Origin: Minisyncoccota bacterium | GTDB lineage: Bacteria; Patescibacteriota; Minisyncoccia; Phycocordibacterales; JAACPR01 | Direction of reading: 5' to 3' | DNA: 64,000 nt | NCBI GenBank assembly: GCA_041674225.1 | Contig: JBAYWG010000001.1 | Coordinates: forward strand, 169,401 to 233,400 | Part shown: piece after piece, positions 26,105 through 35,604 of the stretch | Layout of the letters: each line of letters begins with the position of its first letter | Numbering within the stretch: the first letter of the stretch is position 1 | The notes under the pieces: generated by a model | Databases searched by the model: none | Seen by the model: the letters and a program-made list of their open reading frames with translations, nothing else | Told to the model about the DNA's origin: nothing | Position numbers and translations under genes: made by a program

Positions 26105-26785
26105 TTACAAAATATATTTTCCTGAAAATTCGTCACGAATAATTTTACCATTATCGACAGTGATAACGCGACGCTGTAGTTGATCGATAATATGTTTATT
26201 GTGAGTTGTCAAAATCACAGTTGTACCAAGGTCGTTAATTTTCTTTAGAATTTGAATAATATCGTGAGTGTTTAGAGGATCTAGATTTCCTGTTGGCTCA
26301 TCAGCCACTAAAATATCTGGTTGATTCACAATAGCTCGTGCGATAGCAACACGCTGTTGTTCTCCTCCTGAAAGTTCATGAGGAAAATTCCATGCCTTTT
26401 TTGTAAGACCAACAAGTTCAAGCGCATGCGGAACATCTTCTCGAATCTCTTCTTCTGTTCGTCCTGCGACTTCCATAGCAAAAGCAATATTTTCGAAAAT
26501 AGTTTTATTAGAAATCAATCTGAAATCTTGAAAAATTGTTCCGATGTTTCTTCTCAATCGACAAACTTCATTTCCTTTCAAACAATGAATATCTACAGAT
26601 TCAAAAAACACACGACCATCAGTCGGAGTTTCTTCTGCCAAAAGCAATTTAATTAATGTTGTTTTCCCAGCACCAGAGTGACCAACTATAGAGACAAATT
26701 CACCTGGTTCGATTTTTAAATCAACATTTTCTAATGCAATCGTGTCGTCAGAATATATTTTTGTAACATTATCAAAGTAAATCAT
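26105..26785 (-). CDS. ftsE: cell division ATP-binding protein FtsE
   Basis: Walker A GHSGAGKTT, signature LSGGEQQRV, Walker B ILVADEPTG. Confidence 0.9.
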   Translation of the reverse strand: MIYFDNVTKIYSDDTIALENVDLKIEPGEFVSIVGHSGAGKTTLIKLLLAEETPTDGRVFFESVDIHCLKGNEVCRLRRNIGTIFQDFRLISNKTIFENIAFAMEVAGRTEEEIREDVPHALELVGLTKKAWNFPHELSGGEQQRVAIARAIVNQPDILVADEPTGNLDPLNTHDIIQILKKINDLGTTVILTTHNKHIIDQLQRRVITVDNGKIIRDEFSGKYIL

Positions 26786-27656
26786 TTTGTTTTGCTGATT
26801 CTATAAATCCATCAATATCTCCTCCTAAAACTTTTTCAATATCTCGTACTTCGTAATCTGTTCTGTGATCTTTTACCATTTGATATGGATGTAATACATA
26901 AGAACGAATTTGATTACCCCACTTGGCATCAGTTGTTTTTGAAATCTGCATACCGCGTTCTTTTTCTAATCGTTCTTGTTCTCTAAGATTATACACTTTT
27001 CCTCGGATGAGTTCCAATGCTTTTTCCTTGTTTTGTAATTGGCTTCTCTCTGTATCGATAAAAGCCGATAATTTACTAGGTTTATGCACCACTCGCACTG
27101 CTGTTTCTCTTTTATTTACGTTTTGTCCTCCTGGACCACTAGATTTTGTGAAATCAATTTCAAGTTCGTCTTCTGGAATTTCATAGTCTGTAACTTTTTC
27201 TAATTTAGGAATTACCTCCACCATTATAAAAGAAGTGTGTCTTTGCGATGCTGAATTAAAAGGTGAAATTCGTACGAGCCGATGAACACCGGATTCAAAT
27301 TTCAAATTGCCGTAAACATTTTTTCCATCTATTTCATAAGTGATATTTCTGTATCCGCCGACTGTGTTTTTATTTTCATGGAGCACGTGTATCAACCAAT
27401 TTTTTGATTGAGAGTAAGACACATACATTTCTGCAATCATTCTCGCAAAATCTTCTGCATCATCTCCGCCCGCTCCCGCGAAAATTGTTAAGTGAGCTCC
27501 ACCTCTGTCGTATTTTCCAAAACCTTGCAACTCGTCTTTTAATTCTTGAAGTTCACGAATCATTTGTTGTGCTTTGTCTTTATCAGACCAAAAATCTCCT
27601 TGCGTCATCGCAGTCTCAATTTCTTTTATTCGTACTTCGACGTCGGCTTTTTGCAT
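26772..27656 (-). CDS. prfB: peptide chain release factor 2 (short form, single ORF)
   Basis: SPF tripeptide (RISPFNS, residues 131-133) and GGQ (residues 176-178). Only 294 aa. Confidence 0.85.
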   Translation of the reverse strand: MQKADVEVRIKEIETAMTQGDFWSDKDKAQQMIRELQELKDELQGFGKYDRGGAHLTIFAGAGGDDAEDFARMIAEMYVSYSQSKNWLIHVLHENKNTVGGYRNITYEIDGKNVYGNLKFESGVHRLVRISPFNSASQRHTSFIMVEVIPKLEKVTDYEIPEDELEIDFTKSSGPGGQNVNKRETAVRVVHKPSKLSAFIDTERSQLQNKEKALELIRGKVYNLREQERLEKERGMQISKTTDAKWGNQIRSYVLHPYQMVKDHRTDYEVRDIEKVLGGDIDGFIESAKQNDLL

Positions 27657-27665
27657 TGTAAAAAA

Positions 27666-28340
27666 CTACTGATTAGAATTTAATCTAGACCTTATTTCAG
27701 ATAATTCTTTTTCTTTATCAAGATCTGATTGATTTAATTCTTCTAAATCTTTTTTATATTCCTCAATATTAGCTTCGTCAGAATCTGAAAGTTTGTCTCC
27801 ATACTTTTCAGGAGCACTTGCAACTTCAAGTTGTTTTTCAAGTGATTCTCTCGGACCCCAATCTATTTGTGGTTTTGAAAAATGCAGGGGTTGAATAAAA
27901 GCAAGATTTTCATTTTCATCTTTAATAAAAACAGTTGCATAACCTACCTTTTCATACCCCAAAGTTTCAGCTACATTTGTATGAGCATTTTCATGAGCTA
28001 AATATTTTCCAACCCAATCTCGATACTTGCCAAATCTGTCTCCTAATTGATCTAGCATTTCTTTAAATTCTACAATTGTGTCAGCAATGGCACTGGAAGC
28101 AAATATCTCTTTCTCTATACTATCTTCATCATCAATTTCAGGACTTTCCCTATAACCTTTTTTCAAAAAATTTTCTTTTAAATTCTGTAATTGTAATTCC
28201 AACTCAGAGAATCTTTCTTCAGAAATAGGATTATTAATAGCTCTATCCAATCTTCCAGAAATCTCCTCCTTCATCTCCTGAATAATTCTCTCGTTTGAAT
28301 TAATAGGTGGTGGTGATTCCTGCGACTTAGAAAAATTCAT
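27666..28340 (-). CDS. hypothetical protein with an HExxH motif
   Basis: The start is moved to ATG 28340 (MNFSKSQE) because the GTG extension overlaps tRNA-Thr. Contains YLAHENAHTNV (HExxH). Confidence 0.5.
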   Translation of the reverse strand: MNFSKSQESPPPINSNERIIQEMKEEISGRLDRAINNPISEERFSELELQLQNLKENFLKKGYRESPEIDDEDSIEKEIFASSAIADTIVEFKEMLDQLGDRFGKYRDWVGKYLAHENAHTNVAETLGYEKVGYATVFIKDENENLAFIQPLHFSKPQIDWGPRESLEKQLEVASAPEKYGDKLSDSDEANIEEYKKDLEELNQSDLDKEKELSEIRSRLNSNQ

Positions 28341-28363
28341 GTGTGCATTATAACAAAATATTG

Positions 28364-28435
28364 AGCCGTTATCGAGGATTGAACTCGAGGCCTCCCCATT
28401 ACCAATGGAGTGCTCTACCACTGAGCTATAACGGC
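28364..28435 (-). tRNA. tRNA-Thr (GGT)
   Basis: Hand fold: GCCGTTA TA GCTC AGTGGTA GAGC A CTCCA TTGGTAA TGGGG AGGCC TCGAG TTCAATC CTCGA TAACGGC T. Confidence 0.9.
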
Positions 28436-28519
28436 ATAGTACAGAGCATATAGTATATAAAATTTTGATAAAAGAAAATTAAAATAATAGTGTTATTTAT
28501 ATTTAAGCCTTTGTTTAGG

Positions 28520-29404
28520 CTATATGATGTCTTTCAGAGCTTCTTCGATATTTTTATACTTAAAATCAAACCCATCAATTTCAGTCTTTATTTTCTGACT
28601 CACAGCGATCTCGTTGGCGAACCCTCCATACAACACCTTCAAAGCGAATATTGGTATAAATAAAAAGTGCGGTCTGTGTAAAATCTTTGCAAAAGTTTTT
28701 GAAAATAATTTATTCTGAATTTTTTCTGGCGCAACTGCATTAATAACACCTTGATTCAATTCTCCGACAGACGCTTTAATATAAAGTTCTGCACAATCTT
28801 CTACATGAATCCAAGGCATCCATTGTTTTCCGTTTCCAATCGGTCCACCAATTCCCCATTCATAATACGGTCTCAAAACTTTTATTAATCCGGATTTTCC
28901 TAAAATTAATCCATTTCGAATAATTGTAGTTTTTATATTGAAATTTTTCGCTTGCAAAACTTCCTTCTCCCAATCCAAACAAACGTCCGACAAAAATCCG
29001 CTACCTTTTTCTGTGTTGATTGTAATTTCTTTTTCACCTTGTTCTCCATAAAAACCAACAGCCGAAGCGGATACAAAAACTTCAGGACGAAATTCTGTAT
29101 CCTCAAACAAAGAAACTAAATTTCTTGTTCCCAAAATTCTCGAATCATAAATTAATTTCTTTTTTTCTTTATTCCATTTTCCAAAAATTGGAGTGCCAGC
29201 CAGATTGATAACTGATTTTGGATTTTTTAGCAATTCATCTTTTGGAATTGATTCCGATAAATTTGCTTTTACAAAATTTAAAGTTGAATCTCGAGGCGGG
29301 ATGATGTCTAGGATTACGACGAAATAGCCGCGCGCCTTTAGGCGCGCGGCTATTTCACTCCCTAAAAAACCAGATCCTCCTGTGATAATAATTTTTTTAG
29401 ACAT
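28520..29404 (-). CDS. TIGR01777/YfcH-family SDR epimerase-like protein
   Basis: KIIITGGSGFLGSEIAARL Rossmann fold and GNGKQWMPWIHVED, typical of the YfcH (DUF1731) family. Confidence 0.8.
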   Translation of the reverse strand: MSKKIIITGGSGFLGSEIAARLKARGYFVVILDIIPPRDSTLNFVKANLSESIPKDELLKNPKSVINLAGTPIFGKWNKEKKKLIYDSRILGTRNLVSLFEDTEFRPEVFVSASAVGFYGEQGEKEITINTEKGSGFLSDVCLDWEKEVLQAKNFNIKTTIIRNGLILGKSGLIKVLRPYYEWGIGGPIGNGKQWMPWIHVEDCAELYIKASVGELNQGVINAVAPEKIQNKLFSKTFAKILHRPHFLFIPIFALKVLYGGFANEIAVSQKIKTEIDGFDFKYKNIEEALKDII

Positions 29405-29425
29405 AAAATATTATCAGCTAAAAAA

Positions 29426-30382
29426 TTATTGTTCTCGGATGTCAGGGTTCACTAGACATCGAACAGGTCCTCCTGTCACAGAAAATTCTGTTTCTGGATT
29501 TTCACAACGAATTGTATAAGTACCTGGCTCCACGTCCATATCTACAGATGTAGTATTTTCTAATTCCAAACTTTCCAAATCCATAGGTACACTGTTTCTG
29601 TAAAGAATACATGAATCGGCACTATCAACTACCCAACTCAATCCACAAGTTCCACCTTCATTTGCAACACCAGTAGTCAAAGTTAGAGGAGAAGTAAATA
29701 CCGGTGGTGGCAATTCACAAGTGAAACTACTCTGACTACAGAATAATCCTTCAGCGCATTCATCATCCACCATACATTCTCTTATAAAAATCGAACAATA
29801 ACCTGTAGAAACATTGCTAGTGTCTGGATCGGTTATTCTCACACTTGCTGTTTTTGATTCGCCTTTTACAGCATAGTCAACAGGTCCAACATTTTGGTTA
29901 TTTTCTACACCAGTAATCGCAGTTCCTCCCCACAAATAATCAAATGGACCTTCTCCATTTGCTGCACTTGATTTCCAGTAGACATCTTCACCAACATTAA
30001 AAAATGTTTTTGGGACAGTAGCACTTAAAGAAGAATAAGCTGCACATGAAGCTTTGAACTCATCGACTTCTTGTATATGTGAACAAGACGCCATATTTGA
30101 AACCACTTCGCCAGTTCCAACAATCCTTGCTTCTACATTAACCAAATATTCTGTTGTTTCTTCAGGGTCATCATAAACAATATCGTATGCCCCACCATCA
30201 ACAGATCCGGAAGTAACTACTTCATTATCATTATTTTGAGCAAGTACGGTTGAGAAAACATTATTGGCAATTACATAAATTATTATTACAGCAACCACAA
30301 AAAATAATTGTTTAAATTCTTTACTTTCGATTTGCCATTTTTTTAATTTATTTTTTGTCATTTTTTTAAATTGTCTCATCAA
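29426..30382 (-). CDS. secreted/anchored Cys-containing surface protein
   Basis: 318 aa with the N-terminal anchor LFFVVAVIIIYVIANNVFSTVLA. It overlaps the upstream giant gene by 4 nt. Confidence 0.55.
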   Translation of the reverse strand: MMRQFKKMTKNKLKKWQIESKEFKQLFFVVAVIIIYVIANNVFSTVLAQNNDNEVVTSGSVDGGAYDIVYDDPEETTEYLVNVEARIVGTGEVVSNMASCSHIQEVDEFKASCAAYSSLSATVPKTFFNVGEDVYWKSSAANGEGPFDYLWGGTAITGVENNQNVGPVDYAVKGESKTASVRITDPDTSNVSTGYCSIFIRECMVDDECAEGLFCSQSSFTCELPPPVFTSPLTLTTGVANEGGTCGLSWVVDSADSCILYRNSVPMDLESLELENTTSVDMDVEPGTYTIRCENPETEFSVTGGPVRCLVNPDIREQ

Positions 30383-33300
30383 TTATTAGATGGGTAATAA
30401 TGCTCAGGACCATAACAAGGGTACTCCTCACCGTCGTAACTCTCACCAGGAGCGTCATAGGTACAAACACAACTTCCATCATCATAATTATATTTGGGAC
30501 CTGCAATTGAATCAAAATTGTCAGCCCAAGACACACGACATCCTCCACCATAATCACATCCATCGTATGCGCCTGTGTAAGGATTAACATAAGTAGGGTG
30601 TGTAGCCTGGGAGTTATAACTAGGATGAAGTGGGTCTCTACATCCAAAAATAACAGTTGTAGTAGGAGGATAAAATTGACACGCTTCATTCTTTCCATAA
30701 TTAGAAGATGGCCAACCTTGAGCGTTAAACTCTTCTTCACAAGCCGTACAAGGACACATCTCCAAAGAAACCGATTCTGAATCGTAAACAGTTCTAGTTA
30801 CTCCTTGATTAATACGGCTGCTACGTGTCCAACCATCAACAGTAACCGTATCTGAATCTTCAGCATCACTCAAATAACCAGATCTATTAATTGGAGCATC
30901 CCAACTATCACCATGTTTTCTTGTATCAGTTCTGATTCGACTCCCATTAAAATTTGTATTTATAAACCAAAGTTCTCCAGTGTTACAAGGATCCCTTAAA
31001 GATAAGGTTGCACCGATAACTGTGTAGCTTTTTCCATAATATAATCCTCCACACATATCTTTTTCATGTTCATAACAAGCTTGCAAGGTGGTAGCAACAT
31101 TCGTGATAGTAACTGAGGCTGGGGTTGTACATTTTGGTGTTTCAGCTGGCGGTTCAGTTGGAGGAGTATAAATTACACCACCAGAACTAGGACTTCCAGA
31201 TTCAGGCTCAACATCACCAGTCCAAACATATTCTAGTTCTTCTTGTGTATGGTCATCTGAATAGAAATTATCAATATACCAACCCACTCCTGGATTAGCC
31301 GCACAAGAAAGAGTCACAGGATACAAATTTTTTATTCCCACTCTAGATTTTAGAATTTCTCCAGCAGCAACAGGGAAATAACTGTTCCCCGGACTATATT
31401 CTGTATACCAAGCATCATTAAAGAAGTACTCTACACCAGTCTGAATCCAACCAAAACTGTTTGATGGATCTAACTTTGCAATATAATTCCCAAAATCAAC
31501 TGTTTTGAAAAAATAAGGAATATCATCAGGAGAATTACAATCCTGTGGAATCAGACCACCTAAAATACTTTCAGAAAATTGTTTTTGCACAGCACCCAAT
31601 GGAAGTCCTTCAACTCCTATACAATAAGAAGTCGCGTTGTTTGATTTTATATACGGCTCATCACTGTCTTTAAGACCGTCCTCACTGTAATCCAAATAAA
31701 AGCTCGATTGTATTTCAGAATCCAAAGCACACATCATTTGTCTATCGCTTCGACTTACATCTGTAAATTCTAAATTTTGTCTTGAATCTCCTTGTTCAAA
31801 ATCAACTCGACAATAGTCTCCCCCAAAGTCTGCTCTAGCCTCCAAACGATATGTTTGACTCAAGACTCCATTAGTTTCTACTCTTTGTGGATGATCAACA
31901 TCAAAACAAAATTCCTCCACAAATGGGCCAAAGATCCACTCGTTAACGCTAGTACTAGAGGTTGTATTCATATTCCAAGTTTTTGTTTTTGCAGGATCAA
32001 CAGTATCATTATAAAAATCAACAGTTACATCTACAGGTAAATTACCGCACGCTTTACAACTAACCTTCACATAAAATTCAACATCAGAACAACTGTTTTC
32101 ACCAGAACAAAGACCTTGATATCCTTCAGGTTCACCATCTGGAACAGACCAAATATCTATAAGATCTCCATATAGTATTGGTTTTGTTTGATTGCTATTA
32201 CCATCATTACTATCACCAGCGTCTTGGTAATATAGACATGTTCCATCGTTCACATTAGCTTGGTAGTTATAATTAGAAGCACTAGGATCAGTACAACCCC
32301 AATAAGTAATATATTCCTGGGCAGAAGCTAAATTATTTTTTGAATCAATTATAGTTCCTCCAACAAAAAGGAGTGCAATCGCAATACTTACAAGTGTAAA
32401 ATTAGTTTTCTTTTTTAAGAAAGCAAGCAATCCCACAACTACAACCAAGGCAAGCAGACTCCATAAAAGATTTCTAAGTAGATTAGATTTTGGGTATTCA
32501 AATATTTTATTTGGATCCATTGTTACAACTTGAGTATCTAAAATATTTCCATTCTCATCAGATAAAATCAATTCTATTTCATCAATCAAAGTTTTAGATT
32601 TTATTTTTTTGTCACTAAAGTCGACGTCAACGTCTGTTCCTTGAAAAGTCCCATTTAAATCAATCTCTTTTTCAACTTCTTGTATTACTTCACTTTTACT
32701 TTTAAATATTGCTTTTAGTGTAGCTTTTTTTGCCATCGGATCACCTGCCACAATTGTATTCACAATCAAACTAATAGGTTCACCTTTTCTGTACGAATTT
32801 ATATTTGTTTGAGTTTCATAAATTCTTCCAATCAATCCTCTATATAAAAGGCGAACTGATATATTTTCTGAAATTTGTTCCCCTCTAGCATTTTTAAAAG
32901 AAATAAAAGCAGTGTGTGAACCAGATAAAATATTTTCCCAAGGATCTATTTTGAACTCCAAAGCTTCACCGTCTTCTCTTATTAAATCTTCTAAGAGAAT
33001 ATTATTTTCTTCATAAACTATTTTAGCGTTATCCGATATGTGGGAAATTTTTATATCAGAATAAATATCTTCTCTAGCGATAGCATCAAACAATTCTTGA
33101 TTGGTGCTCTCTGGAAACGAAACAATATAGGATTTATCTTTTTCCAAAGTTGGACCCTCCATCAATTGATAAGAATTCTTAGTTTCCACATCCACGAGGG
33201 ACGCTTGTTTGTTAGAAATAAAAGTTCCTCTACCTGTCAGACGTAGAGGTTCTTTTGTATATGTAATTCCGTAATAAGAAAGTTCTTCATTAAAAACAGT

Positions 33301-33711
33301 TCCTCTTATAAAATAACTCCCCCCAGGGATGGTAGGCGGTAATTCATATTGAATAGTTTGTCTTCCGGATTCTCCAGGAGCCAATCTTGGAAAAGTATCA
33401 GACGTAGAAACTATATAGTCCAAATTTCTGAATAATAAACCTGTGGTTTCTAATTTTTCTCCATTATAAAATTCAAAACTATATTTCAAATTGTCGACAA
33501 AAGTTGTGGAGTTGTTTTGTACACTAAAATCTATACTTACCAATCTCTTATCAGATGAATACGCCGTGTTGTGTATTTCTACGACCAAAGGAATAGTCTC
33601 TTGTCTTACAACTTCTGAGGTTTGTGCAAAAATTTCTGCAGGAAATACAGAAGATAGAATTAAAGATAAAGATAGAATAGTAAAAAATTTACTACAAACT
33701 TTTTTAAACAT
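30379..33711 (-). CDS. giant (1110 aa) surface protein with a central TM hairpin and a Cys-rich C-terminal half
   Basis: Signal peptide, TM segments at ~412-432 and ~438-455, and three copies of a GC[TR]DP..NYN..DDGSC-like motif. Confidence 0.6.
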   Translation of the reverse strand: MFKKVCSKFFTILSLSLILSSVFPAEIFAQTSEVVRQETIPLVVEIHNTAYSSDKRLVSIDFSVQNNSTTFVDNLKYSFEFYNGEKLETTGLLFRNLDYIVSTSDTFPRLAPGESGRQTIQYELPPTIPGGSYFIRGTVFNEELSYYGITYTKEPLRLTGRGTFISNKQASLVDVETKNSYQLMEGPTLEKDKSYIVSFPESTNQELFDAIAREDIYSDIKISHISDNAKIVYEENNILLEDLIREDGEALEFKIDPWENILSGSHTAFISFKNARGEQISENISVRLLYRGLIGRIYETQTNINSYRKGEPISLIVNTIVAGDPMAKKATLKAIFKSKSEVIQEVEKEIDLNGTFQGTDVDVDFSDKKIKSKTLIDEIELILSDENGNILDTQVVTMDPNKIFEYPKSNLLRNLLWSLLALVVVVGLLAFLKKKTNFTLVSIAIALLFVGGTIIDSKNNLASAQEYITYWGCTDPSASNYNYQANVNDGTCLYYQDAGDSNDGNSNQTKPILYGDLIDIWSVPDGEPEGYQGLCSGENSCSDVEFYVKVSCKACGNLPVDVTVDFYNDTVDPAKTKTWNMNTTSSTSVNEWIFGPFVEEFCFDVDHPQRVETNGVLSQTYRLEARADFGGDYCRVDFEQGDSRQNLEFTDVSRSDRQMMCALDSEIQSSFYLDYSEDGLKDSDEPYIKSNNATSYCIGVEGLPLGAVQKQFSESILGGLIPQDCNSPDDIPYFFKTVDFGNYIAKLDPSNSFGWIQTGVEYFFNDAWYTEYSPGNSYFPVAAGEILKSRVGIKNLYPVTLSCAANPGVGWYIDNFYSDDHTQEELEYVWTGDVEPESGSPSSGGVIYTPPTEPPAETPKCTTPASVTITNVATTLQACYEHEKDMCGGLYYGKSYTVIGATLSLRDPCNTGELWFINTNFNGSRIRTDTRKHGDSWDAPINRSGYLSDAEDSDTVTVDGWTRSSRINQGVTRTVYDSESVSLEMCPCTACEEEFNAQGWPSSNYGKNEACQFYPPTTTVIFGCRDPLHPSYNSQATHPTYVNPYTGAYDGCDYGGGCRVSWADNFDSIAGPKYNYDDGSCVCTYDAPGESYDGEEYPCYGPEHYYPSNN

Positions 33712-33746
33712 ACAAAAATTGTATCATACAAAAAGTTCAGTTTTTT

Positions 33747-35525
33747 TTATTCGCTTTGGATATCCACAAGTGTCTTGTATGGCAAGCATTCTTTATATAG
33801 AGTCTCGTGATCTCCAATACCTGCAATCTTTCCTCCATCAAGGCAGATTATTTTATCTGCATGACGAACAGTTGAAAGTCTGTGAGCAATCACAATCACA
33901 GTTCTATTCTTAAACGCTTCTTTCATAGCATCGTGAATTGCTTTTTCATTTTCACCATCCAGAGAGCTTGTAGCTTCATCGAAAATTAAAATCTCAGGAT
34001 TTACAGAAAGAGCACGGGCGATACCCACTCTTTGTCTTTGACCTCCTGAAAGTTTTATACCTCTTTCACCCACCACTGCTTCAAAAGGTTTTTCACCAAG
34101 CCTTTCAAAAAATTGATCAATTCGTGTGATTTTTGCTAGTTCAACTAATTTCTCATCTGTCCATTTTTCTTTTTCTTCATCAGAAAGTCCAAACAAAATA
34201 TTTTCGCGCAGAGTTGTGTTTTGCAGGATTACTTCTTGTTCAACAATTCCGATATTTTTTCGGTGAGCTTCTAGTGAAAGTTTTTTCAACTCAACATCCT
34301 CAATTTTTATTTTTCCATTATCTGGATCAAATGCTCGCAGAAGGAGATTTATAATTGTAGTTTTCCCAGCACCAGAGCGACCAACAATTGCACACACTTC
34401 TCCAGAATTAATTTCAAAAGAAACATCATCGAGTGCTTTCAAAATTTTCTTTTCCTCACCTTCATCGTTGGCATGTGAGAAATTTACATTTTCAAATTTG
34501 ATTGAATACCCACCTTCTTTTGATTCTAAAATTTTTGGATTTTTTACTTCTTTAATATCATTTTCAATTTCTAGAATTTCAAAGAATTTTTCAACTCTAG
34601 GCCATAAAAATGCTAACCTTCTAAATCTTCCAAAAACATGATCAACCATTACAATTTGCCTCATTCCATAAGTAAGTAAAGTAACGAAAGCTCCCACAGT
34701 CAATGTATTCCAGTTTGTAATAGATAAAACAGAGAGAAAAATCAAAACAATTAAGTTCACGTCTCCCATTAAATTTATTGCAGCGGTTTTTACTTCATAA
34801 GGAGTCCAAGTCTTTTGATAGTGTTTTTTCAAATCTTCTAATTTGTCATTTTGTTCTCCAACAACATTTTTAGTTGCACCTCTAAAAATAATAGTTGTTA
34901 TGATTCTAATTATTTCACCATTCCATCTATCAACTTCCACTCGATGATCTCTGAATTCTCTGAATCTTTTCATGAACACCTTATTGCAGTATTGATAAAG
35001 TGAAAAATGAATCAAACTTATTCCAAAAGTTACTAACCCTATCAACGGAGAAACAAAAATCATCGCAACAAGAATAAAAAGATACCTCAAAACATTTGGA
35101 AAAATATCATAATTCATCATGAAGAAAATCTCTGAAACGGAATTCTTTCCTTGATCAAGAACACTTTGCTTAAAACCACTATCAGATCTAATATGTTGAC
35201 CAACCGACAAGTCAGACATCTTTTTTAAAGAGACTTGATTTAAAAGATTTTCGGATTGAAGCTGAATATTTTGAGTTTCATTATATCCACGAATAAAATT
35301 AATCAGAGAATTCAATAATAGTGAACCTGCTAATATAAAAATATAATTTTGTATTTCAAAAAAAGATTGACCCTGTGTGATACCATCAATAATCTTTCCG
35401 AAATAATAAGGCCAAATCAACGAAGAAATCGAGAATAAAACTATAAGTAGCAACTGTACAACAATAACCACTCTAAGTGGTTTAAAGAATTTAAATATTT
35501 TAATTAGGTTTGATGTTAGATTCAT
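33747..35525 (-). CDS. ABC exporter, fused permease/ATPase (MsbA-like)
   Basis: Six-TM N-terminal domain, Walker A GRSGAGKTT, signature LSGGQRQRV, Walker B ILIFDEATS. Confidence 0.85.
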   Translation of the reverse strand: MNLTSNLIKIFKFFKPLRVVIVVQLLLIVLFSISSLIWPYYFGKIIDGITQGQSFFEIQNYIFILAGSLLLNSLINFIRGYNETQNIQLQSENLLNQVSLKKMSDLSVGQHIRSDSGFKQSVLDQGKNSVSEIFFMMNYDIFPNVLRYLFILVAMIFVSPLIGLVTFGISLIHFSLYQYCNKVFMKRFREFRDHRVEVDRWNGEIIRIITTIIFRGATKNVVGEQNDKLEDLKKHYQKTWTPYEVKTAAINLMGDVNLIVLIFLSVLSITNWNTLTVGAFVTLLTYGMRQIVMVDHVFGRFRRLAFLWPRVEKFFEILEIENDIKEVKNPKILESKEGGYSIKFENVNFSHANDEGEEKKILKALDDVSFEINSGEVCAIVGRSGAGKTTIINLLLRAFDPDNGKIKIEDVELKKLSLEAHRKNIGIVEQEVILQNTTLRENILFGLSDEEKEKWTDEKLVELAKITRIDQFFERLGEKPFEAVVGERGIKLSGGQRQRVGIARALSVNPEILIFDEATSSLDGENEKAIHDAMKEAFKNRTVIVIAHRLSTVRHADKIICLDGGKIAGIGDHETLYKECLPYKTLVDIQSE

Positions 35526-35604
35526 ATCATTGATATTAATACTAAAAAATAAAAAACACCAATTAAAGTCTTCAGGGCCTAATCTAGCTCGACCCTATTG
35601 GTCG

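Noticed and set aside
27657-27700. Looked for the canonical prfB +1 frameshift leader (short upstream ORF ending CTT TGA C).
   Set aside because: The upstream gene stops at 27666, 9 nt before the prfB ATG, and no in-frame UGA motif is present. RF2 is encoded as one ORF.
28341-28421. GTG-initiated N-terminal extension of ORF 27666-28421 (MVEHSIGNGEASS...).
   Set aside because: The extension is the reverse-strand reading of tRNA-Thr (28364-28435). The first ATG downstream of the tRNA (28340) is the plausible start.
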